NCBI GenBank assembly: GCA_022813965.1
Contig: JALDZS010000036.1
Coordinates: 1-64,000 of the forward strand
Length of the DNA: 64,000 nt
Reading direction: 5' to 3'
DNA from: Toensbergia leucococca
Lineage: Eukaryota
Positions 53,190-64,000 of the stretch are shown piece by piece. Made by a program: the position numbers and the translations under genes. The notes beneath the pieces were generated by a model. It was given only the letters and a program-made list of their open reading frames with translations, made no database searches and was not told the DNA's origin. Each line of letters begins with the position of its first letter. The stretch's first letter is position 1.

Positions 53190-54400
53190 CTGTAAGGTAA
53201 GCAGAGACGGGTTGGAGGACCGAGGGACGGGCACGGGCAACTGAGGTCGCTACGGAAGACTGCAAACTCATAGAATACTGCGCAACCCTAATGTACCACA
53301 GCGCAGAGTCGAGGAGTGCCTTCCGCCTTCATTGCCCAAATTACCTGTTCCCGTGATCGAATGATTCAGTTTTAAGGTTTATTCGGCCGATTCGGTTTAT
53401 CGTCTTTTATGTAGAGAGAAATTTCTCTAGATGAAGATTACTGCCTTACGTCCCTGGTTCTGAGTGGACATAAATATAAAATGATTCAAGCGCCTCCGAA
53501 AGTTATTTCTGGCCAGGGCCTTCCGCTGTTCAGCTACTGACCTATGCAATTGCCTGACCTAACCGGAACCCAGATCTCCGTGATTTCTTTATCAAATTTC
53601 CAATGAGGTATGCCAACCGAGAGGCTGCTCTAAATCTAGGAATGGTGGTTATTCAATTGCTAGGGAGTACTCGAAACCGTTAGTAAGTTAGTCAATGCTC
53701 CGTCGAGAGTCTCATGCTTGAAGCCTTGGGAAGGAAGCAGTATCAAAGCCGATGCCATTAAGCGCCTTCAAATACATTAGTGCACCCCTCGATCGGACCG
53801 TAATAATAGAGTCCAGAGCAGGTATTGCACTCAAGTACATAGCCTCGACTCGGGGCCAAGGCCAAAACGTGAGGGGTTTGAAAGGAGTGGACGTTAGAAG
53901 CTCCATGGTGCTGTGATCTACTCGGCCTTCAGATCCATCTCGCCGTAATTCAGGGGTACTAAATGGTCTGTCTGTGGCGGTACCATCAATAAAATAATGA
54001 CGACTTGGCTTGTGCGAAGAGTGACGCAGTCTTGCAAGTCTCAAAGACGCTAGCTTTTGTCGAGCATCCCTAGATAGTGCCAATAGTGTTCAAAATAGCA
54101 CGATGCCTTTCTCTTACACTGTCTCATCCGATTACTTTGATGCGGGAAAGCCGAAGGCAACACAGGCACCCTGCAAGAAATGGACGAGAGTTATGGAAAA
54201 CTTAGCCCAAGGCTTCTAGATGTTTCCAAAGAAGGACGTGGTATTTCATTGTGGTCAGTAATTCGGCGAGAGCTGATGAACCTCAATTCAGGGAGAGGAC
54301 GTCACTGGCAGAAGGATCCTACTCTTCCTCGTCGTCAAGCTTATTACGAGCTGCGTTTCTTTCCCCAGTATTTTAGGGCAAGCAATTGGCACAGCAAGGA
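53190..54400 (+). ncRNA. Candidate telomerase RNA (boundaries not determined)
   Basis: Template-like AACCCTAA at 53284-53291 in a structured ~1.2-kb interval with no convincing ORF, divergent from the glutaredoxin-like gene; U-rich and A-rich pseudoknot-like strands downstream. See findings. Confidence 0.5.
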
Positions 54401-54415
54401 GGTCAATTTCTCAAT

Positions 54416-55129
54416 TCAGTCCTCCCACAATCGACACATCTGCCTAGCAAGGACATGTCTTTCATCATACAATCTTCTGGACTCTGCTCGACCCAGTCGG
54501 GATGCCAAAGGTAGATCACACCAAAGACAGACACTCTGATCGAGTGTGGGGCTGGGTAGGGGTGTTGAACAGCCTGCACCGATGCACTGATGAAGCTTAG
54601 TGGGTAAACCCGAGTTTTGCTCGTTCTTGCATTGTAAGCAGAGCCAGCCATCGTTAGCCGAGCATTCGCAGGAAAGAAGTTGGCCTTTGCGTAGAGTTCT
54701 GGAATGCCAACACTCGACACAATAGTAACGTAGCCGATTTCGAAAGGTGTTCTCTCTTTTCCCGAAGGATGCCTTCACGATACAACCATCACAGACTGGC
54801 ATGGAGCACACTCGACAACCTGCTGGAATAGAGCCTCGCGTATGCTGAGGCTCGGAGCAAAGTAAAAGGCTCTTGGATTTGAGATTCCGCCAGAGCTGTG
54901 TCTGATGCTTGCCTATCAGGAGATCATGACGAACACGGCACGCAATCTCTGAGGGTTCAGCCTCTCCCACAGCTGTAAAGTCATGCAGGGTCGCACGATA
55001 TTTCGAATTCACTCTTGAAAGGTTTAGAAGATCGGCAAAGGGTAGAGCACAAACCACGGCTGCAAGAGATGGGTAAAGTGACAATATATCGAGAAGCGTT
55101 GGCATTTCTTGCATTTGGATGGCGAACAT
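54416..55129 (-). CDS. Cys-rich fungal protein with an F-box-like N-terminus
   Basis: Long ORF; LLDILSLYP...L.FADLLNLSRVN followed by CRVCSMPVCDGC, YCVECW, CEC...WLCLQC and CLWC. The 3' end may have a further exon. Confidence 0.7.
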   Translation of the reverse strand: MFAIQMQEMPTLLDILSLYPSLAAVVCALPFADLLNLSRVNSKYRATLHDFTAVGEAEPSEIACRVRHDLLIGKHQTQLWRNLKSKSLLLCSEPQHTRGSIPAGCRVCSMPVCDGCIVKASFGKRENTFRNRLRYYCVECWHSRTLRKGQLLSCECSANDGWLCLQCKNEQNSGLPTKLHQCIGAGCSTPLPSPTLDQSVCLWCDLPLASRLGRAESRRLYDERHVLARQMCRLWED

Positions 55130-55381
55130 GAGAAATGATCGAATAGCTACTCGCACTTGTACAGATCGAGGCTGAAGATGGCAGATATGTCAGACAGAGG
55201 TATTTAGGTCAGGATACTTGCTAAAGAGTGAATAGCTGCTCATTTAGACTTGGAAGAAGTGCGAAAGAAGGTTGGATCAGCAGGCTCGCAGAGTGGGTTG
55301 GAAGGCTGAGGTCGAGGCCTGAAGTCATAATTGACCTCTCATTAGGTGGAGCGGTGGGAAGTGATTTCTCGCCTAAAATCG

Positions 55382-56738
55382 CCCCCGACCTAAGGAAGGT
55401 CACCGTCACCGTCATGGTACTAACCAAATCAAGTAGTTAACTGGATGTAATCTACGCTTGCTCCTCATGTTATCAACGTTACCATATATTACAACTCTTT
55501 TACATCAAACGCATACTCAACTATCAATCACCTAGGTTTCTACCTTATCTATCTATCTATCTGTCTACCTACCTGTCTACTTACTACCCAAAGAAAATGT
55601 GACAAATGGCCATACAAATTGCATGTTATCTCCATTGCCTACTCGATGCAAATATTCATGCTAATGGCCATGGTTCTAGTTCACCTACCTACCTACCTAC
55701 CCCGAGAAAATGTGACAATTTCACATACAGTTCTCCCGTACCTACTCAATCAATTTCATACCTGATTTCATACCCATCTAGTTCGAATCATCATGGTGAT
55801 GGCTAGGATGCACAGGGAAACGCGACAAATGACCGTACAAATTGCATGTTATCTTCATTTCTTACTTGATTCCTTACTCAATTTCTTAGGATTACCTTAG
55901 ATATAGGGTATTGATTCATGTACACCCCCTTTTGATACCTGTACACACCCCCCCGCCCGCTAGTGCCCGGGCGCAAAATCACTGAGGGATATTTTATCAT
56001 TCTGCATCACATCTTGCCTTGATTCCCCACCACTTCACAAGTCAAATACCTGTTTCATTTGCGTGCCATCTAGAAGTCAAATTACTTAGGAGAAAAATCA
56101 TGCTTTTCTACTTCATCCTAACATGATTCCCTCGCCCCGGGGCGCAAATACATCATGATTTTGCAAGCTATCTACCTCCTTTCAAAATTATGAAATACTC
56201 TGTTGTTCACAGGCACGGTGACGTTCACATTCGCTTCTGCACCTCCCTCTCACCCTCGCCCTCCCCCCCAACCTCCCCCTCACCCTTCCCCTCTAGGTCT
56301 CCCTCCCCCCCCTCACCCCTCCGGCCCTGAGGTTCTCTTTCATGCAAGGCCGCCGCCTGTTCTACCCTCTCAAGCTATGAGTGAAGGTGAAGGTGAGGGT
56401 TCAGGTTCATGAGGTGAAGGTAGATTGAAATCCATGATATTGCGCCTGAGGTGGAGAATTAAGTGAAAATGTGATACAATATCAGGATGATTCCCTGCTA
56501 CAGAGAAGGTGGTAGTTGGCACGCGGATTCATGAGGTGTAAGGCGTGCAAAGATGGTGGGGAATCGAGGCAAGATATGATGCAGAATGATAAAATTATTC
56601 TCATGGAATGGCAGTGAGATAAGATCAGCATCGGAGTAATATTGGGTGTAACTTACATACATTTCTGCTTTAGTTCGTGGTTATCTCCCGAGTGGGTTAG
56701 TACCATGACGGTGACGGTGACCTTCCTTAGGTCGGGGG
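55382..56738. mobile_element. Non-autonomous DNA transposon with perfect 44-bp TIRs and 8-bp TSD
   Basis: CCCCCGACCTAAGGAAGGTCACCGTCACCGTCATGGTACTAACC at 55382-55425 is the exact reverse complement of 56695-56738; TAAAATCG at 55374-55381 and 56739-56746; no transposase ORF. Confidence 0.92.
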
Positions 56739-56941
56739 TAAAATCGCCCCTCGATCAAATATTCTACCTCGGTTGTTTCGGTCCGCCGATCAAAAGTTGA
56801 TATTGGCGAGAAATGCATTCCCTTTGAAACTTCTCTAAAAGATGTCCATCATTGCGACAGAGGCACCTTCACCTTCCCATGCTTTTCGACATTTATTTGG
56901 GCCACCAAGATTTCATTGCGTAAAACGAGTAGAATACTGTA

Positions 56942-57089
56942 CTCATGTTCACCCCCGCGAGCCCCGGATGCAAGCCACTATTCTATCGGATGCAAATGCT
57001 AGCCTAATTAGAATAGAATACAGCCAGCTAAATAAAATCAGGATAGGATTTGCATCCGACAGTGGTTTGCATCCGGGGGTGAACACGAG
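56942..57089. mobile_element. ~150-bp MITE-like foldback flanked by TA
   Basis: TA|CTCATGTTCACCCCC...GGATGCAA versus TTGCATCC GGGGGTGAACACGAG|TA; the sub-repeat CGGATGCAA occurs twice per arm. Confidence 0.72.
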
Positions 57090-58533
57090 TACAATATCAT
57101 GAAGCGGGGATCTCTAGCAAAAGCTGTTGATTATCTGAAAAATGGCTGGCATGGGCAACTCATATTCACCATAGATGCCAAAAACGAAGCTTGAACCGTA
57201 AGTTCAACCGCGGTCTTCTTCCAAGCAGGGCCGCTACAGCGAGACCAATTCCACGATTGAGACAAGCACATCATATCACCAGACCTGTTCTCAAGTTCTC
57301 TTTAGCAGATCTTCCCCTAGATGTTCATACAAACGACGAGCAGGACTTGTCAAGCTTTGGCGAATAAGTCCTCAGGCGAAATGTCTTCTGCCTTCATGAC
57401 ATGTTTCTCCACATAGACTGACGGCGCTGCACGGCTTCTCTTTCACAACGTCTCCTTACTGTACCTTGATTCATTTTCAAGGCAGGTCTTTCAAGATACC
57501 CTCGCTCGACGTGTTCCTTGGGAACTATCCTTTACAAGGACATCTGGGAGATGGATGACTGAGTGAACCGGTGGTAGCGATGTCTCCAACAGCGAAACTA
57601 TGGCCATCCATTCTCCCTTACTCTCGAAAGAGAGGACTTCTCACAGAGTTTATTGTGCCGTTTTCGGTATCTGAGGTATATCAGACTTCAGATGGTTCTC
57701 TTCTGCTACTAAACACGATCATCTCTCTTTCCTACACCCAGAACGGCACGTTTGTTTTGTGATGCAGATATTTTTACTATTCGGAAAGGTATGACAGATA
57801 TCGTGGATGATGATTCGGTAAAGGTTCTTGAGGGAAGGAATGGTAGAGGACAGGTGGACGTCTTACGTGAGTGGATTAGGGGAAAAGTATGAATGGAGAA
57901 GGTGCAAGCTGACCCGGCAGATCAATGAAAGGCAAGAACTAGGCAAGCTTGATATGCATTGTCTGCGGAAGTCAAGACACCAGATGAACCAGAAGCCCAT
58001 GGATGGGTTATTATGAAAGATCTCGGCTGGATTGTCTGTAATTCTTTGTTTGTTGAGGACGGGTATTGCAATGGCGACGAGACTGCAACAGGAGTTGCAA
58101 AGCGCTGGTTTTGGTCAAGAAGTTAGATATGAATAGGTCATGTCCACGGAAATAGATTATGGACTGGGACACAAAGAATGCTGTTCAGAATGAAAAGAAA
58201 GAAATGGCTAAAATGTGAGAAGGCTTCATATGGCTGTGGAAGAATATGCCGAGCGCTTTTGATCGTTTCGAGTGATTTTGCCGCAATGGTGTCTATGGAG
58301 TAAATTCAATGTGTTACCTTGACACAGTTTTTCCCCCGAACCCGCTAGCCCTAACTTCGCTTTACAATGCATGTATTATGCAGTTATGACATCATTCACA
58401 AGGTAAGAGCACTGGTGGAGTAAGGAGCGAGAGAGCTTACCTACCTACCTCCAAGGTACCTCCCTATCAAGGTACCTTATTTATCTATCACTGCTAGCTT
58501 TGAGCTTCAATTCTCAAGTCGTCGATATCTGAA

Positions 58534-59649
58534 ATGACACAGAAATGTGTCCACAAAGGCTGCGGGAAGAAATTCACAGACCCTGACGAGGACTGTGTTT
58601 TTCATCCTCTTCCGCCCATCTTCCATGAAGGGCAAAAAGGTGTCTGGACGCCTTCTCGTTGGGTATTTGTAAACTGTCTAATCTCTGACTGAGCGAAACT
58701 AGGCTGGAAATGCTGCAAACCTCGCGTCCTGACTTTTGACGAGTTTCTCTCCATTCACCCATGCACAACAGGTAAACATTCTACCACTGACGACACTCCT
58801 GCTCCCGAAGAACCTCCACCGTCTTCGGATACAGACGCAAATCCTGTCCCAGCTCCCAAACCTATCTCTACGACCATCGGCAGCCTCGTACCGGCAGAGT
58901 CTGTCCGACCCATTCAACCCGCTCAGCCTTCGGTCACTTCCTCGCCACCGCCCGAATCCGAATCGGACGATCCCTCTATTTCCATTGCCCCAAATACAAC
59001 ATGCCGGCGCCGCAGCTGTAACGCCAGTTCACCATCCCATACCACCTCCTTATCACGAGATAGCGAGGAATGTGTCTTCCATCCCGGCCACCCAATATTT
59101 CATGAAGGTAGCAAAGGCTGGACATGCTGTAAACGGCGAGTTCTCGACTTTGACGAGTTCATGCGGATCGAAGGATGCAAGAAGAAGGATAGACATCTAT
59201 TTGTTGGAAATGGGAAGAAAGGAGAGAAAGAAGAGGAGGAAATTCTGCAAGACGTTAGGTAGGTGAAATGTGCAAATGATCGACTGGAAGTCCTGAGCGC
59301 AGTGAGGAAGCTGAAATGGGTGCCATCAATTTCTAGGCATGATTTCTATCAGACGTCTACAACCGTGATTGCGAGTCTCTACCTTAAGAAGATCAACAAA
59401 GACCGGGCAAAGGTGGAATTCATCTCGTCGGTGACGGTGAGCTTAGATCTGCCAACAACAGAGAACAAGAGATATAAAGCAGCGATACCGCTGTTCGGGC
59501 CCATCGACACAGAGAAGTCTACATATAAGATCATGGGGACAAAGTTAGAGCTGACGCTGTTAAAAGCGGATGGAATCGGTTGGCCGGTACTGAGGAGTGA
59601 TCAAAATACGAATGAGATTATACAGGTTGGGCGGGCAGGAAGGGCATGA
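58534..59649 (+). CDS. CHORD and CS domain protein (Chp-1/RAR1-like Hsp90 co-chaperone), 3 exons
   Basis: CVHKGCGK...CVFHPLPPIFHEGQKG|WKCCK...FDEF..CTTGKH; second CHORD CRRRSC...CVFHPGHPIFHEGSKGWTCCK; CS domain RHDFYQT...KLELTLLKADG..WP.L. Confidence 0.93.
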
Positions 59650-59973
59650 GCCTTGGATGCAACATAGATTTTTACAAACACAGGATGTTACATCAAAACG
59701 AGCTTCCCTCCAAGTCTATTGGTCGACCGGATATTCGCTATGAGATGTTTCTGAGCCTGTGTTGCCTAACCACTGGTCGTCCATGTAGTGGAGCTTTAGG
59801 ATTTGACTTGGGATGAAGTAGATCGAAAGCGGTCGTCTTGACCACGAAAGTCTCTGCTGTAAGGCTGAAATCTTCACGCCTGGGCTTGATCTGTACCGAA
59901 AAACGGTGCCGTACTTGGTCTGCTGTGTTTCTGAATGGCGAAAGCTTTGCCTACCTGCATGGACCTACAGCTT

Positions 59974-61233
59974 TTATTCCATCCCTTCCATTAGTTCCAC
60001 GCGGTCAAGCATCATTCCTCTCAAGCCGATCCATTCTCGTAAAGCTTCCCAATCATCCCCTTCCTCTTCGCCTCTCCTCCAAGATTCTTGAAACCCCAAG
60101 GCTCCTGCGACTCGGTCCGTGAGCGCCCTCTCTTCTTCCCGTAGCCAGCGCTCCCGCAACGGTGTACCAGTCGCCCAGGTGACTCGGTCCATCTGATCAT
60201 TGGCTGTGGTCATTGCAACGAACCCTATTGTAGCTGTGAATCCTACATAAGCTAATGTGCCGCCGAATAAGACATTCGTTGCCATGTCGGAGTCCATGTT
60301 TTCTAAGTATATAGATAGTCGAGAAGCTAGGGCATAGGCTGCGGCAGGTGCCAGTGCAAAGGTCGAGACCGGGATCAGAGCTTTACGTAGAATCTTAGAT
60401 CTTTGATAGGCAGTAGTGCAGACGGTGGTATTGATAATGTCAAGGCAAAGAGCTAGGTTTCTTTTCTCAATGGCTGCGGTCATTGCCACATTGGCCACCA
60501 AGACAGGTACTGCAGATGAGAAAGTATTAGGGTTCGGCGTTGAATATTGTATAGGAGATGTGTTTGGGCGTGGAATTGGTTTGGATGTATACAATATGAA
60601 GACCTGGGGAATGGTCTCGGGACGCCCTAATAATGATTGGGTATTGACATATATCGACAGAAGTGGAGGCGTGATGAAGACGTTTGGGTTCCGGATTATG
60701 TCGTAGACATGCCCAGAGATTCTATTCACGGCCTTGTCTCTGATTGATGCGGCCAATAACGCCGTTGACGGAGATACAGGCGCCAAGTCGTTTTCCACTC
60801 CGTCAAGAGAGAGCAAATTTGAAGCTGGTGTTCTCTCCTCTTTTGAGGTTCTCTCAGGAGACTCCGACACATCAACGAGATCTTTTGCAAGATCCTCACA
60901 ACTTTGCAACACCTCTCTCGTAGACTGTTCACTTGGGATTGAAGAAGATTGTAATATAACGTTCCCGTTCTCAAGTATGTCCTGTAGTCTCCGCTCGACA
61001 GAGAGCGATACTTCACATAGTAGAGACTGTGATTGCAAAGCAGGCCTGGCCGTTGCAAAATATCTGAACGCAGTACTATGGCTTGGAGAACCCACAGAGC
61101 ATAAATATTTAGTCGGAAATTTGAGGTGGTCCTTATTGAGAGGTGAACCTGTTGCCAGACACCGAATACAGGCGCCTTCAACGACAAATCCAAAAACTCG
61201 AGCTCTTGGGCGGTTCAGGCATCTGACAGTCAT
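59974..61233 (-). CDS. Hypothetical protein (419 aa), probably a mitochondrial membrane protein
   Basis: Long intronless ORF with an Arg-rich N-terminus, two hydrophobic segments near the C-terminus and a tail ANDQMDRVTWATG.PLRERWLREEERA. Confidence 0.8.
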   Translation of the reverse strand: MTVRCLNRPRARVFGFVVEGACIRCLATGSPLNKDHLKFPTKYLCSVGSPSHSTAFRYFATARPALQSQSLLCEVSLSVERRLQDILENGNVILQSSSIPSEQSTREVLQSCEDLAKDLVDVSESPERTSKEERTPASNLLSLDGVENDLAPVSPSTALLAASIRDKAVNRISGHVYDIIRNPNVFITPPLLSIYVNTQSLLGRPETIPQVFILYTSKPIPRPNTSPIQYSTPNPNTFSSAVPVLVANVAMTAAIEKRNLALCLDIINTTVCTTAYQRSKILRKALIPVSTFALAPAAAYALASRLSIYLENMDSDMATNVLFGGTLAYVGFTATIGFVAMTTANDQMDRVTWATGTPLRERWLREEERALTDRVAGALGFQESWRRGEEEGDDWEALREWIGLRGMMLDRVELMEGME

Positions 61234-61528
61234 ACTTGTAACCTAAATAATGCTCGCTCGGCGGCACACGAGATTGCAAGAGGTTGAGAGGTTGAGTGTT
61301 GGAGGTAGACTACGGAGAGCGAAGTGGGCCTCTGTCACATTTAATGACGACGGCACGACGGATAGAAACTCTTTCTGCGTCGTAAGACATCCAGCCCACC
61401 ATACAATCTATCTGTCTCCATGACTGAAGAAACCTCATTCGAGAGCTTCCAATAACAATTATTTCAAAGATCAGAATATTGGAAGATTGAATCGCAGCCA
61501 GTGGGCGCCTGTCTGAAGCACAACCAGC

Positions 61529-63102
61529 ATGCCTGGTCCTCCTCCACCTCCACCTCCACCACCTCCCCCCCCGATGCCAGGCTTCGGGGGCGGAGGACCG
61601 CCTCCACCTCCTCTACCTCCTGGAGGGATTCCAGGCTCTAGTACCCTTCCAGCCAGACCTCCACCAACTGCGACAAAAGATCGAGTAAGTCTACCTCGGG
61701 TGCTCCTTCCCTCAGCTGTGGAATTTCAGGCCAATCTAGAATTCAGCTTTGGGCACATGGAGCAGACACCTGAACCCTCGCTGAAAAGCTAACATTTTAG
61801 TAGGGTGCACTGCTTACAGACATCACAAAAGGCGCAAAGCTCAAGAAGGCTGTCACAAATGACCGATCAGCGCCTCTGGTAGGCAAGGTGACAGGTGGCT
61901 CGGCAGCCCCACCAATTGGGGGTGCACCGCCGATACCAGGTATACCGACTGGGCTCGCGCCTCCTGTCCCTGATGGCGGAGCGGCGAACCGAGCCAGAAG
62001 TAATAGTGATACTGGAAATGGTGGTGGGGATAGCGGAGCTGGTGGTGGATTGCCTGCTGCTCCCCAATTGGGTGGGCTGTTTGCCGGCGGTATTCCCAAA
62101 TTACACAAAAGAGGAGGCGGCGTTGATACAGGGGCCAATCGAGAGTCACCCTATCTTTCTGACCCAGAAACATCACGAAGTTCCGCCCCGAAACCACCCC
62201 CTTCATCTGCGCCAAAGCCCCCAACAGTTCCTAGAATGAATGCTCTGAGGCCAATCCCACAGTCTACCGAATCCTCACCCCCTCAACCAGCTAATCCTTT
62301 GGTCGCAAATCTTCGCAAAGCTCCCCCAAAACCAATCCAGAGACCAAATTCCGATTTTCCTCTTCGAAATACTAAGTCTTCCATTGATGTTGCCCCACAA
62401 AGACCTCCTCCCCCTCCAATAGGACCAGCAAAGCCACCGCCACCCCCAATAACGGCGCGAAAACCTTCAACAGCTGCACCCCCTCCGCCGCCTTCGATCC
62501 CACCAACGCCTTCTGCACCTCCACCACCACATTCGAGAGCACCAACGCCTCCTGCAGCTCCTCCACCACCACCTACCTCAGCCCCGCTACGCCCACCGAC
62601 GAGATCAACACCTCCACCTCCACCTTCACCTTCGAGCGTTCCTTCCTTCACTAATGGAGCTTCTACCCCATCACTGGCAATCCAAGCAGCCCGTAATGCT
62701 TTCGGGAATGGACAGACCTCACCCGCAGCACCTCCTCCGCCTCCACCGCCAGCACCGCAATTCTCCGCCCTCTTGACATCTTCAACATCGGCCCCGTCTA
62801 CTCCGCCACCACCGCCTTCTGCACCCCCAACTTCAAATCCAGTAATCCATCGGCCTACGATAGCAACGTTAGACCCTTATTCATACACTCTTTCAAATGG
62901 AAATTCTTCAAAACATAATACAGGCCCTGGAAAAGGGAGTATATCTCCTAGTAGAAGCGGGGGATTTAGAATCGAAGATCCTAGATGGCACTTCCAGGAT
63001 GAAGGTCAACTACCAAAGCCTCGGGAGTTTATTGGAGGACCGAAAAGGTATCGGGCAGGTAGAGGAAGTAGTGTCCCACTTGATCTATCTCAGTTCAGGT
63101 AG
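61529..63102 (+). CDS. VRP1: Verprolin/WIP-like proline-rich actin regulator
   Basis: N-terminal polyproline; WH2 motif DR|GALLTDITKGAKLKKAVTNDRSAP; PQLGGLFAGGIPKL; C-terminal DPRWHF...LPKPR...Y..GRGSSVPLDL; intron 61685-61803. Confidence 0.9.
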
Positions 63103-63624
63103 CAGGTGGACATATATGACTGTATCTCAGCTAATGGCGTTGGAGGACAAGTGATCTCTTAGGAAGAGGCAGCTGCGAAGCTTTATCAGTGGCTTGTGCA
63201 AACATGACATGTAGAGCGTATTCATATTGAACCATTGGTCTGAGATTAGCTATGCCGACGTTCAGATCAACCCCAAGTGCTATGTAGAACTTCCTTGGAT
63301 TTCTTCTCCAGCTTCAGGTGCTGTCGACGCACGTGCTATCCGTTCAGGCACGATGAGTCTAATTACCTTAAAGTCGAACCCTACTGGGCCTACGGAGTAC
63401 GGGTAAGGTACAGATACGGTACTCTGTACCGATTTTTCCCTTTAGCTCCTCAATTAGTGCAAACATGCAAACATGCAGGCATTCCCTCGATTGATACACG
63501 ATTTTTTCGACCACAACGTTGAATACTCAGCATGACGGACTGCCTACAAAGAATCGTTGAGGGGCATTAGCCTTGGGCGCACTGATGCTTCTGAAGCTTA
63601 CATCACTATCACCTAGATTTAGCT

Positions 63625-64000
63625 ATGTCTTCCACAGCGACTCCGATTGACCCACGCCGTTTTGCAGAAGCCATCACTGCTCTTCCACTTTCGAACCTAC
63701 ACTTTAAAGCTACCGAAATCTGGAATTCAATTTCTCACCTTCGTAGCTCCAATGAGCAATTAAAGGAGTTTGCAGACGAAGGTGATCTAGATTGTACAGA
63801 GACAGTGAGAGAAAACCTTGGGGTCATTGAAAGAATGGACGAAAGGATCGAGCTCTTGAAGATGGAAGTTGAGAGAAGAGGGTTTATGTGGGGCTGGGAG
63901 GGGGAGGGTGGGGAAAACAGGATTGAGGGTGGTGGGGAGGGTAGTGATACCGCAGTGAATGGGGAGATCCATGGGAATGATCGTGGAGTGGAAGTACCAC
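63625..64000 (+). CDS. Tma17/Adc17-like protein, 3'-truncated by the window end
   Basis: Open frame not listed in the ORF track: MSSTATPIDPRRFAEAITALPLSNLHFKATEIWNSISHLRSSNEQLKEFADEGDLDCTETVRENLGVIERMDERIELLKMEVERRG. Confidence 0.65.
   Translation, partial: MSSTATPIDPRRFAEAITALPLSNLHFKATEIWNSISHLRSSNEQLKEFADEGDLDCTETVRENLGVIERMDERIELLKMEVERRGFMWGWEGEGGENRIEGGGEGSDTAVNGEIHGNDRGVEVP

Noticed and set aside
53712..54083. 123-aa minus-strand ORF
   Set aside because: Non-ATG start and no motif; more likely antisense to the candidate ncRNA.
57110..57400. Protein-like minus-strand frame as a pseudogene
   Set aside because: About five stops in 95 codons is what random sequence would give.
30294..62651. 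Long antisense ORFs over HSP78, NOP4, the 419-aa gene and verprolin
   Set aside because: They are shadows of codon bias in the real genes on the opposite strand.

Overview
Eukaryotic DNA from a filamentous ascomycete (Pezizomycotina), judged by short GT-AG introns and fungal gene families. It has two compartments. Positions ~270-23,580 are an AT-rich block of transition-riddled (RIP-like) repeats: two full-length copies of one Ty3/Gypsy chromovirus with 216-bp LTRs, two truncated Gypsy elements of other families and non-autonomous TIR elements; a Tc1-like transposase tail lies just before it (2-181). Positions ~23,590-64,000 are gene-rich: GH13_5 alpha-amylase, MSH5, HSP78, EF-1beta with an intronic U18/snR18 snoRNA, a bZIP factor, NOP4, a small Cys-rich protein, a cytochrome b5-like MAPR protein, EMC5, LSM8, HpcH aldolase, a glutaredoxin-like protein, a Cys-rich F-box-like protein, a CHORD-CS protein, an unknown membrane protein, verprolin and a Tma17-like gene. 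The best leads are a candidate telomerase RNA (~53.2-54.4 kb), a young 1.36-kb element with perfect 44-bp TIRs and an 8-bp TSD, Tf1-type self-priming signals in the Gypsy elements, and a mutation spectrum not restricted to CpA. All calls were made by eye; exon boundaries are approximate and no searches or folding were run.
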